Part shown: positions 48,772-56,821 of the stretch, piece by piece
Position numbering within the stretch: the stretch's first letter is position 1
Layout of the letters: every line of letters starts with the position of its first letter
From: a virus
Reading direction: 5' to 3' (one strand)
DNA: 64,000 bases
Virus record (IMG/VR): IMGVR_UViG_3300035034_002799
Span: 1 to 64,000 of that record
The notes under the pieces: model-generated
Told to the model about the DNA's origin: nothing
What the model saw: the letters and a program-made list of their open reading frames with translations, nothing else
Databases searched by the model: none
Translations under genes and position numbers: made by a program

Positions 48772-49609
48772 ATTAGAAACAGTTGTTCCAGTTAATCCTA
48801 AAAAATCAACTGGAAAAGAGAAACCAATTCAGAAGTTTCCTTCTGTCGAGATTGGATGCTTTGCTTTCCGTTATCCTCGTCGTACATGGTGGCAGCTATC
48901 AAGTATTGCTGGTCAAGTTGCGTCTAAGGGTATCCAAGTACCTGATATAAAATTTACTTTGAACCTACACGAATCTGACCCTGGTCGTGATATGTGGGAA
49001 CTCCTTATTGATACCTTTTCTCCATTAATTGATTTGAATGTGCGTTGGTGGGACACTGAGGATTTTTTCAGAAGAGCCACTACTAGAACAAGAGATATCA
49101 AAGAGGCAACTGGAGATTTTCTTTTATTTGTTGATTCGGACCAAGTTTGGCACCCAGAATTTTTCTCGACGCTTGCTCCTTTCATGAAGCAATATGATGA
49201 AGAAAACGAAGGTCGTTGTATCGCTCACTGGCGATATACAATGTCAATCGAAGATGGGAATAACATTGTAGATACTGAGGAATATATTGATTCTCCAGTT
49301 AAAAACTGGTTTGGTAAATTAAAGTCAGTACCCCATAAAGTCATTTCTGGTGCTAGGGGAGCGGGAGGTTTTCAATTAGTGAACACTCGATTACTTAGAG
49401 AAAGAGGAATAGACACATACGGTAACCCAAATAAAGACCGCCCAGCAAATGCTAAAGTACATTACAAAACCAAAACCGAAATGCATTTTAGAGCAAGAAT
49501 TGGAGGGATTTATAGAAAACATTGTAATCTTTTCAAACCCTTCTATCATATCAACCACTTCCGAGCAGATGACCGCCTAGTGAAGATGGACGAAAATTAC
49601 TTATTTTAG
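48740..49609 (+). CDS. GT2-like glycosyltransferase
   Basis: LFVDSD (DxD), GAGGFQLV, YHINH. Confidence 0.68.
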   Translation: MIIKKPGHKNKLETVVPVNPKKSTGKEKPIQKFPSVEIGCFAFRYPRRTWWQLSSIAGQVASKGIQVPDIKFTLNLHESDPGRDMWELLIDTFSPLIDLNVRWWDTEDFFRRATTRTRDIKEATGDFLLFVDSDQVWHPEFFSTLAPFMKQYDEENEGRCIAHWRYTMSIEDGNNIVDTEEYIDSPVKNWFGKLKSVPHKVISGARGAGGFQLVNTRLLRERGIDTYGNPNKDRPANAKVHYKTKTEMHFRARIGGIYRKHCNLFKPFYHINHFRADDRLVKMDENYLF

Positions 49610-49612
49610 AAC

Positions 49613-49640
49613 TTGACTGTTAAATAAATTAGTGTATAAT
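49613..49640 (+). promoter_or_regulatory. Sigma70-like promoter TTGACT-N16-TATAAT
   Basis: Intergenic, upstream of the HNH gene. Confidence 0.7.
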
Positions 49641-49695
49641 ACTAAAACAGAATGGCACCCATCCTGTTTTAGGATGATATTACAAAGGAGAACCC

Positions 49696-50271
49696 ATGCG
49701 TTGTATGGTACTAAATCAAGATTATCAGCTTCTTGACATCGCCAATTGGACGGACGCGATCCATCTTGTTCTAGATGATAAAGCTACTGCAATTGCTCAT
49801 TATGATGAAGTAATCCATTCTGCGTATAATGAATATCAGCTACCTGCGGTTATGGTTATGAATTACTATATTCGCAGCAAAAAGAAAAATAAAATGTTCT
49901 CAGCAGCAACGAAACGAAACGTGTTCGTGCGTGACAATTTTATTTGTATGTATTGTGGTATTCCAGTTACTTTGAACTCTGGTACGCTTGATCATGTTAT
50001 TCCAACTTGTAGAGGTGGTCCAAATGTAATTACTAATGTTATATGTTCGTGTAAGACGTGTAACAACCGTAAAGATGATAAAACTGCTGAGGAATACTAC
50101 TCATGGGCTAAGAAGACAAAGGCTATGGACCCAGAAAACTGTAAGCTTTCATCCCCTCCTCGTTCTTTGACCGAAGAGGAAAAGATACGTGTATTGCTTA
50201 AAAAGTTTAAGAGTAAAGAACGTAAGGTTTGGTTAAAGTGTTTGAAAGATAAGGGTATTTCTTTATGGTAA
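49696..50271 (+). CDS. HNH endonuclease
   Basis: RDNFICMYCG, TLDHVIP..RGG, NVICSCKTCNNRK. Confidence 0.9.
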   Translation: MRCMVLNQDYQLLDIANWTDAIHLVLDDKATAIAHYDEVIHSAYNEYQLPAVMVMNYYIRSKKKNKMFSAATKRNVFVRDNFICMYCGIPVTLNSGTLDHVIPTCRGGPNVITNVICSCKTCNNRKDDKTAEEYYSWAKKTKAMDPENCKLSSPPRSLTEEEKIRVLLKKFKSKERKVWLKCLKDKGISLW

Positions 50272-50546
50272 GAGGGAAAGATTTCCACCTAGCTAGATTA
50301 GTCGGTTTAAATCCTAGAGCACAAAACATACTAGACCACTTCAACAACGGTCTACTCATCCGTGAATATGACGAGATGGGTAGACCGTTGTGTCATGCTC
50401 CTAATGGAAAACAAGCTATATTTTGTGTTGCTCCAGATTTTTCTTGGCAAGGTTGGATGGTTTTAGATGATGATGTTAGGTTCGAAGAAGAAGAAAAAAG
50501 AATCCATGATATAATGAAATCTGTACAGGAGAATCCTGATGGCTAA
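50265..50546 (+). CDS. Hypothetical protein
   Basis: ORF in a run of translationally coupled genes. Confidence 0.6.
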   Translation: MVRGKDFHLARLVGLNPRAQNILDHFNNGLLIREYDEMGRPLCHAPNGKQAIFCVAPDFSWQGWMVLDDDVRFEEEEKRIHDIMKSVQENPDG

Positions 50547-50787
50547 AAATCAAGATCGTGGAATGATCAAGTTAAGAAAAGGAATAATAGGAAATTTACA
50601 TCCTACCTTAACATTTTTAGATAAGGATGATATTCCTTTTCAAGGATGGTTCGACCTTGATAAGAAGTTCTTTTATATTGAATATGGAACTATAAATAGT
50701 GGACAATATGAACGTGGCGTAATTACAACTGATGTCGATAGCGTTGTTCATGATATAAAAGAATGGCAAAGGGAGCAAGCTAAATGA
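50539..50787 (+). CDS. Hypothetical protein
   Basis: AGGAG RBS; overlaps the previous stop. Confidence 0.65.
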   Translation: MAKNQDRGMIKLRKGIIGNLHPTLTFLDKDDIPFQGWFDLDKKFFYIEYGTINSGQYERGVITTDVDSVVHDIKEWQREQAK

Positions 50788-51041
50788 TAAAATATTTTTT
50801 TGAGCCAGATGAAAAAATCGAAATTGGCGTTTATAGTGATGATAGAAATCACTCTGATATTATTAACAAAGTCAGTGATATTTTAGGTTATTCTTTTGAA
50901 CCAGGACATGATGTTGATATTACTTTAGATGTAGACGATATTAGTCTAGATAGAGATGTTGTAATCTTCTACCGTCATATATTTACAGAAGAATTACTTG
51001 ATCTAACATCTGATGGGATTGGTGTGTATATTGTTAAATGA
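50784..51041 (+). CDS. Hypothetical protein
   Basis: ATGA overlaps at both ends. Confidence 0.65.
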   Translation: MIKYFFEPDEKIEIGVYSDDRNHSDIINKVSDILGYSFEPGHDVDITLDVDDISLDRDVVIFYRHIFTEELLDLTSDGIGVYIVK

Positions 51042-51808
51042 GTACTGAAGAAAAACCATTAAACGTGATGATTAGCCATAGCTCAATGGAAGCTATGGAA
51101 CAATGCCTATTAAAATGGTATTACAAATATATTGAAAAACTTAAAGTTGATATTCCTAGAAACATGGAAGCTAACTTTGGTTCTTATATTCATGATGTAG
51201 CTGAAAACTTTGAAGGTGGGTCTCAAAAAGATTTTAAAAACCTTGCCAAAACTATACTAAAAAAATATGACATTGACCCTTCTATACGATATAAGGTTCC
51301 TTTAGCTCTTAAGAATCTTTGGAAATATTGGAATAAGGTGATTAAACCACTTAATCTAACCAAAGATAATAAAGAAAGAAAAGTATTTGCAAATACCCAC
51401 GAAGATAATTTTCGTATGATGGCGATTTTTGATGTCATGTATAAAAATGAGGACGGTACTCTTACTGTTCTTGATTGGAAAACTAATAAAAAACCACGAG
51501 ACGCTTCTAAACAGCTTGCTTTTTATTTTTATATTTTAAAAATGGTTGGAGAAATACCAGAGCACGTAGACACTTGTAAGTTTAAAATTGTTTATTTGTG
51601 CCTTGAGGCGAAAGACTACGAACCCGTTGAGATAGAATATGTATTAGACGATCTTGACCTTGAGACTGCATCTAGTCGTATTGACGCTTTTATTAGAAGA
51701 GTAAAGAACAAGGGTAGAAATAAAGAAAAATATAGAAAAAAGACTGGTCCTTTATGTCCTTGGTGTGACTACTATCAGGCTGGAGTCTGTAAAGGTAAAG
51801 ACGAATAA
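51038..51808 (+). CDS. PD-(D/E)XK nuclease, Cas4/RecB-like
   Basis: SHSS..QC, GSYIH, FDVM..VLDWKT, QLAFY, C-terminal CPWCDY..VC. Confidence 0.85.
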   Translation: MSTEEKPLNVMISHSSMEAMEQCLLKWYYKYIEKLKVDIPRNMEANFGSYIHDVAENFEGGSQKDFKNLAKTILKKYDIDPSIRYKVPLALKNLWKYWNKVIKPLNLTKDNKERKVFANTHEDNFRMMAIFDVMYKNEDGTLTVLDWKTNKKPRDASKQLAFYFYILKMVGEIPEHVDTCKFKIVYLCLEAKDYEPVEIEYVLDDLDLETASSRIDAFIRRVKNKGRNKEKYRKKTGPLCPWCDYYQAGVCKGKDE

Positions 51809-51813
51809 TAAGA

Positions 51814-51841
51814 TTGACAGTCCTCTATAACATGCTATAAT
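51814..51841 (+). promoter_or_regulatory. Sigma70-like promoter TTGACA-N16-TATAAT with extended TG
   Basis: Perfect hexamers upstream of the ligase. Confidence 0.78.
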
Positions 51842-51859
51842 ATAGACATGGAGGACAAT

Positions 51860-53830
51860 ATGAATTACAACAGAGAAGACCTCATCACTGATCTTCGAGC
51901 AGCAGATGCTGCTTATTATGGCGATGGTACTTCCCCATTAACCGACAAAGAGTATGACGAGAAAAAGGCTTGGCTCAAGTCTAACTTTCCTGAAGAAACT
52001 TACTTAGATGAAGTAGGGGCTGAACCAATTGAAAATACTCATTGGGAGAAACACAAACATGAGTATCCACTTGGGTCTCTTGACAAAGTAAACAGTTATA
52101 GTGAACTTATTGGTTGGAAACCTCAGTTTCCTGTTGTAGTACAACAGAAACTTGATGGTATCTCAATTTGTCTTACTTATGAAGATGGTAAACTTACTCG
52201 TGCAGTTACTCGCGGTAAAAATGGTGTTGGTGATAATATTACTCGTAATGTGATTAAGATGAAAGGTATTGTAACTGAACTACCTGCTGGTTTTGAAGAT
52301 ACGAAGGCAGTAGTGAGGGGTGAGATCGTCCTTAAACATTCTGATTTTGAAAAGCTTCCTATTGAGAAACGAGGTAAGAACCCCCGAAATACAGCGGCTG
52401 GTGCTGCGAAGAAACTTTCGGGTGACTTGTGTTCACACCTTACTATCATTGTATATGATTTAATGAACGCCGCCGACCTTGGAGTTATCACTGAGACTAT
52501 CAGTAACACTTATCTCAAAAGCCTTGGTTTTCCTTTTATAGTTGATACAAATCGTTGCAATAACGAGGACGAACTTGATGAGTGTATTGGTGTAATGGAA
52601 GGCAACCGAGACGTATATGATTATGACATTGATGGTCTTGTTATTAAGAACAATCAGATAGACTCTAAAGACAATTGGGAACATCCAAAAAATAAAATCG
52701 CATATAAATTTAGTCATCAACTAGCTATGACAACCATTAAAGAAATAGTTTGGTCAACAAGCGGTGAACGAGTTAACCCTGTAGCAATTCTTGAACCTGT
52801 TGATATAGCTGGAGTTACTGTAAGTAAAGCGTCTTTGCATAATAAGGCGTATATTGAACAGCTTGCTAACGGTAATCCAATTCGCAGGGGTGATTGGGTT
52901 GAAGTTACTCGTCGTAATGACGTAATTCCTCAAGTCGAAAGAATAACAGAAAGAAGTCAAGGGTTAGTTCTTAAAATGATACCAAGCTCCTGTCCTACCT
53001 GTGATGGTGACATTGAACGCCCTTTTAACTCTGAAGGCAAAGAAATGGCTTGGTACATTTGCACAAACCCTGCTTGTTCAGCTAAAGCAATTAAAAATGT
53101 ATTAAAGTGGTTTGAAGTTCATGATTGTAAGGGGGTCGCAGAAAAGACCGTGGAGCTAATTCATAATGAAATCGGCTTTGATAATCTTGCTGAATTTATT
53201 GACATTATTAATAATAAAGAAGAAGATTTATTGAAACTTTCAGGTATGGGTAAGTCTAAACTTAAAACAATTCGTGATCAGCTCAAATCTACTAAAGACA
53301 CTTCTATTAGCAAGTTTATCGGTGGGTTAAATTTTCGAGGTTTCGGTCCTAAAAGCATTCAAAAAATTGTTAGTCATGTGACTAACAATTCCGACACTTC
53401 CATTAGTGAAGTCTTAAATATTAATTTCGAAGAACTAGTTAAGGTTGAGGGGTTTAGTGATAGTTCTGCTAGCTCTTATTTGAGCCAAGTTGATAATAGT
53501 AGAGTACTGATGGCTGAAATAGAAAAGAGAGGCGTCCGTCCTTCTATTGCTAGAAGGACTACAGCTACCTCCGCTCCTCTTACAGGCACTTCGTTCTGTT
53601 TCACAGGTGCTATGAACACTATGAACCGTAAAGAGGCTCAAGAGCTTGTAGAGAGCCTTGGTGGCGAATTCAGAGGTAGTGTCAGCAAGGGTCTGTCATA
53701 TTTAGTCACCAATACACCAGACAACGGCTCATCTAAAAATAAGAAGGCAACTCAGCTTGAAGTCAAAATCATAACTGAAGAAGAATTCAAATCACTTTTG
53801 GCTCCTATCGCGCTGTTAAAATCCCTCTAG
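51860..53830 (+). CDS. ligA: NAD-dependent DNA ligase
   Basis: AYY..D.EYD, KLDG, TRG, RGE, NPRN, DGLVIK, IAYKF, CPTC..C..C zinc finger, HhH repeats, BRCT (FTG..R..GG..SVSK). Confidence 0.95.
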   Translation: MNYNREDLITDLRAADAAYYGDGTSPLTDKEYDEKKAWLKSNFPEETYLDEVGAEPIENTHWEKHKHEYPLGSLDKVNSYSELIGWKPQFPVVVQQKLDGISICLTYEDGKLTRAVTRGKNGVGDNITRNVIKMKGIVTELPAGFEDTKAVVRGEIVLKHSDFEKLPIEKRGKNPRNTAAGAAKKLSGDLCSHLTIIVYDLMNAADLGVITETISNTYLKSLGFPFIVDTNRCNNEDELDECIGVMEGNRDVYDYDIDGLVIKNNQIDSKDNWEHPKNKIAYKFSHQLAMTTIKEIVWSTSGERVNPVAILEPVDIAGVTVSKASLHNKAYIEQLANGNPIRRGDWVEVTRRNDVIPQVERITERSQGLVLKMIPSSCPTCDGDIERPFNSEGKEMAWYICTNPACSAKAIKNVLKWFEVHDCKGVAEKTVELIHNEIGFDNLAEFIDIINNKEEDLLKLSGMGKSKLKTIRDQLKSTKDTSISKFIGGLNFRGFGPKSIQKIVSHVTNNSDTSISEVLNINFEELVKVEGFSDSSASSYLSQVDNSRVLMAEIEKRGVRPSIARRTTATSAPLTGTSFCFTGAMNTMNRKEAQELVESLGGEFRGSVSKGLSYLVTNTPDNGSSKNKKATQLEVKIITEEEFKSLLAPIALLKSL

Positions 53831-53883
53831 ACAATCATTATCTTGGACATATAATAATAAAAGTTAACTAAAGGAGAACTACT

Positions 53884-54084
53884 ATGACTAATGTAAAAGA
53901 ATCAAACTGTTTCTATGTTTATGCTCGTGATACTGGTGGATGTTACATCACTGAACGAGCAAGCCGCGCATCTACTGGCGAGAAGTATTTTTGGGTGAAG
54001 AGTAAGGGTGAAGCCGCTCCTCTCACTCGTAATGTGGCTCGTAAGGTAGCTCAGCGTTATGGTGGAGTTGTTCGTCAGTTCTGA
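53884..54084 (+). CDS. Small hypothetical protein (66 aa) in its own transcription unit
   Basis: TAGACA-N16-TATAAT promoter (53828-53855), AAGGAG RBS, downstream terminator. Confidence 0.75.
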   Translation: MTNVKESNCFYVYARDTGGCYITERASRASTGEKYFWVKSKGEAAPLTRNVARKVAQRYGGVVRQF

Positions 54085-54105
54085 TAAACAATAAACAATA
54101 AACAA

Positions 54106-54140
54106 TAAAAACCTCAGAGTTGATGCTCTGAGGTTTTTTT
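54106..54140 (+). terminator. Intrinsic terminator
   Basis: AAAAACCTCAGAG-TTGATG-CTCTGAGGTTTTTTT. Confidence 0.88.
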
Positions 54141-54193
54141 GTTTTTATATGTTATAATGGTCTCAAAATGATAAATAAGAAAAGGAGATCATT

Positions 54194-54610
54194 ATGGATG
54201 GTTTAAAATGGAGATTAACTGAATTTCTTGATAAAATAAAATCTGATAGAGATTTTAGAAAAATCCTATTGGATAACGCTGAGTCTATTATTGAGGATGT
54301 TTATACTTTTGGTGAAAGTGGCTGTGGTAAATGTAAAAAACATATTTTAAGATACGCCGACGAGAATGTAGACATTATAAATAAAGTTATTGATGAATAT
54401 TCTAAATTAAATATATCAAAAGAAGAAACTACTGTTGTACAACCACAACAACCACATAGACCAACCAGAGTCATAGGTGATATATTTGAGATAGACGCTA
54501 ATCCTGAGGCATATAAACAGTTTATCACTGAAGCACAACAAAAAAGATGGATGCATCGCGGTTTGACTGTTGTACCCAAAGATAACAAATGGATTATCTT
54601 TTTTTATTGA
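54194..54610 (+). CDS. Hypothetical protein containing CGKC
   Basis: AAGGAG RBS; first gene of the baseplate run. Confidence 0.7.
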   Translation: MDGLKWRLTEFLDKIKSDRDFRKILLDNAESIIEDVYTFGESGCGKCKKHILRYADENVDIINKVIDEYSKLNISKEETTVVQPQQPHRPTRVIGDIFEIDANPEAYKQFITEAQQKRWMHRGLTVVPKDNKWIIFFY

Positions 54611-54622
54611 GAGGTTTTATAA

Positions 54623-56389
54623 ATGGATATTGATTTTTCTCAATTTTCGAGAGAAGATTTTAAAATAAGTGGTTTTCGTAGAGCTATTGTTGAAGATAAT
54701 GATGACCCAACTGGTTCTGGTAGAGTCAGAGTTAGAATAATAGGCATACATAGTCTTGATGGTACAGAAACACCAGTTAGTCATTTACCATGGGCAGAAC
54801 CTTGTTTAAGTCTCTATACAAGCGGTGGTTTTAATCTTAAAAACAAAAATACTGAAAGTCCAGTATCTAGATATGAATCTGGTGGTGATGGGGGAACTGT
54901 TTTACAAGACCGCCCTTCAAAAAGAGAAACTGAAATAAAACTTATATCCGAATGGCAAGACCAAACTACGCAAAATAACGGAACAGGTGCTCATTACGTA
55001 GTACCATCTAAAGGTACTATGGTTTGGATTTTCTTTGATGATGGTAACCATCTCCGTCCTCAATATTTTGGTGCAGCTCCACGTAAACTTGATTGGGATA
55101 CTCAGTTTGATAAGTTAGCTGCTGATCTTAAAGATAAAGAACAAACATTAACTGACGTTATAGATGAAATGGAAGCTCTTAATTCACCAAATCAAAATTT
55201 TACTGGTAAAAGAAAAATAACGCAGAATATCCAAATTAAAACTCCCATTATACGACCAGAGTACACTTTTGAAGCAGATGATTTTAACTCTAATACAAAA
55301 AACAAAGATTTATCAAGCTGGACTTCACCAGGTGGTGTTACTTTTTTGGCAGTTAATGATAACAATGAAGGCTCTAATGAAAAAGTTTTTATTATGCATA
55401 AAGGTTATGTAGAACATGTTGATCAACGAGGGCAAAGAACTATACTAGTAGGCAAAACGAATGAGAATTCAACTGATCCTCTAAGTCCTCAACATGCTGA
55501 AGGTCAAGGAAACGATTTAAGAAACATCGTTGCTAATAATAGTGAATTATATGTATTAGGTGACTATAAGGTGTTTGTAAAAGGTAATTGTTTCATTCAA
55601 TGTGAAAAATCAGTAGAAATTAATGCTAAAGAAGAAGTCGGTATCTTTTCTAGAGAAGGGAATATTAATATATTAACAGAAGCCGCTGATATTAATATAG
55701 AGTCTAAAACTGCTAATTTTAACGTTAGTTCAACTAATACTCAATTTCAAGTAGATGCTGGATTCTTTGTAAAAGCTGAAGGTCCTATTAAGTTTGAGTC
55801 ATCCGAGTCGATTGATTTTGTTGCGCCAACTGTTCAAATTGGTGCTGAAACGCAATTTTCTGTTAATACTGGGGATATGAGAATATTAGTGGGTGATCAG
55901 TCTAAATTCGAAATAACATCTGATGGGTTTCTTGTTGAAGTAACTGGAGAAATAGCATGTAAGTCATCTGATCATATTATTGAATCTAAAAATACAATAC
56001 AGCACAAGACAGCCACTTATAATATATCAGTAGATGATGCTTATAACTTAGATGTGTTCAATAAAACAAGTATAATAAGTAATCAGATAGCATTTGATAC
56101 TGCAATATTCTCAGCTAATGCAACGGCTGAGGTTAAAATGAAAGGCGCTACGGCTAGTTATGCTGGAGAGGGTCCATGTTTTGTAGGTGGTTCAACTACT
56201 CAAGTTGGTGGTGTTGTGTCACTGGGACAAGGACAAGCTGCTCAACCAGATTCAGCCAACCAAGCGACAGTCAATACCCCAAGCTCTCCTGAACAACCAG
56301 AGGATATTGAGCCTATTGAGTTCCAAGATGGCTCTGTTGCAAAAGATATAGTAATTACCGAGACAAACTTCCCTAATGAAGAAGCTTAA
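54623..56389 (+). CDS. 5: gp5-like baseplate hub/central spike (OB-fold plus beta-helix; no lysozyme domain seen)
   Basis: VEDNDDPTGSGRVRVRIIGIH..LPWA, VPSKGTMVWIFFDDG..PQYFG; repetitive beta-helix C-terminal half. Confidence 0.88.
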   Translation: MDIDFSQFSREDFKISGFRRAIVEDNDDPTGSGRVRVRIIGIHSLDGTETPVSHLPWAEPCLSLYTSGGFNLKNKNTESPVSRYESGGDGGTVLQDRPSKRETEIKLISEWQDQTTQNNGTGAHYVVPSKGTMVWIFFDDGNHLRPQYFGAAPRKLDWDTQFDKLAADLKDKEQTLTDVIDEMEALNSPNQNFTGKRKITQNIQIKTPIIRPEYTFEADDFNSNTKNKDLSSWTSPGGVTFLAVNDNNEGSNEKVFIMHKGYVEHVDQRGQRTILVGKTNENSTDPLSPQHAEGQGNDLRNIVANNSELYVLGDYKVFVKGNCFIQCEKSVEINAKEEVGIFSREGNINILTEAADINIESKTANFNVSSTNTQFQVDAGFFVKAEGPIKFESSESIDFVAPTVQIGAETQFSVNTGDMRILVGDQSKFEITSDGFLVEVTGEIACKSSDHIIESKNTIQHKTATYNISVDDAYNLDVFNKTSIISNQIAFDTAIFSANATAEVKMKGATASYAGEGPCFVGGSTTQVGGVVSLGQGQAAQPDSANQATVNTPSSPEQPEDIEPIEFQDGSVAKDIVITETNFPNEEA

Positions 56390-56391
56390 AA

Positions 56392-56399
56392 TATAAATA
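56392..56399 (+). promoter_or_regulatory. T4-type late promoter TATAAATA
   Basis: Exact motif upstream of gp25. Confidence 0.75.
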
Positions 56400-56417
56400 G
56401 TTAAGAGGTTCATAAAA

Positions 56418-56810
56418 ATGAAGCGTGAGAGAAAACCAGAAAACTACTCTGATTTAGCATTTAATCCTGCTTTGGATCAAAATGGTGACTTTTCAGTAGT
56501 AAAAGATAATGATTCAATCAGTCAAGCTCTTTTTACACTATTTCATACTATTCCAGGTTCTAGAGTAATGGCTCCAGGGTACGGAGCAAGTTTAATTCCT
56601 TTTTTGTTTGAACCGTTTGATGAAAATACTGCCAGTAAATTAGGCACTTTTATTAAATCAACGGTTGATCGTTACGAACCGAGAATTATTTTAGATAAAG
56701 TAAGTATAGATATAAACGAATCCGAAAATAGGTATGATGTTGATTTATTTTATAAAATAGTTAATACAGAAATAGTACAGTCTATTACTTTTAATTTAGA
56801 AAGATTGTGA
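56418..56810 (+). CDS. 25: gp25-like baseplate wedge subunit
   Basis: YSDL, SISQAL..T.PGSRVMAPGYG, LFEP, YEPRI. Confidence 0.92.
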   Translation: MKRERKPENYSDLAFNPALDQNGDFSVVKDNDSISQALFTLFHTIPGSRVMAPGYGASLIPFLFEPFDENTASKLGTFIKSTVDRYEPRIILDKVSIDINESENRYDVDLFYKIVNTEIVQSITFNLERL

Positions 56811-56821
56811 GGAATTAAAAA

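Noticed and set aside
49659-49677. Hairpin CATCCT/AGGATG upstream of the HNH gene as a translational switch
   Set aside because: The stem does not cover the AAGGAG RBS or the start codon.
51038-51808. Cas4-like nuclease as evidence of a CRISPR system
   Set aside because: No repeat-spacer array or other cas genes are visible; stand-alone Cas4-like nucleases are common in phages.
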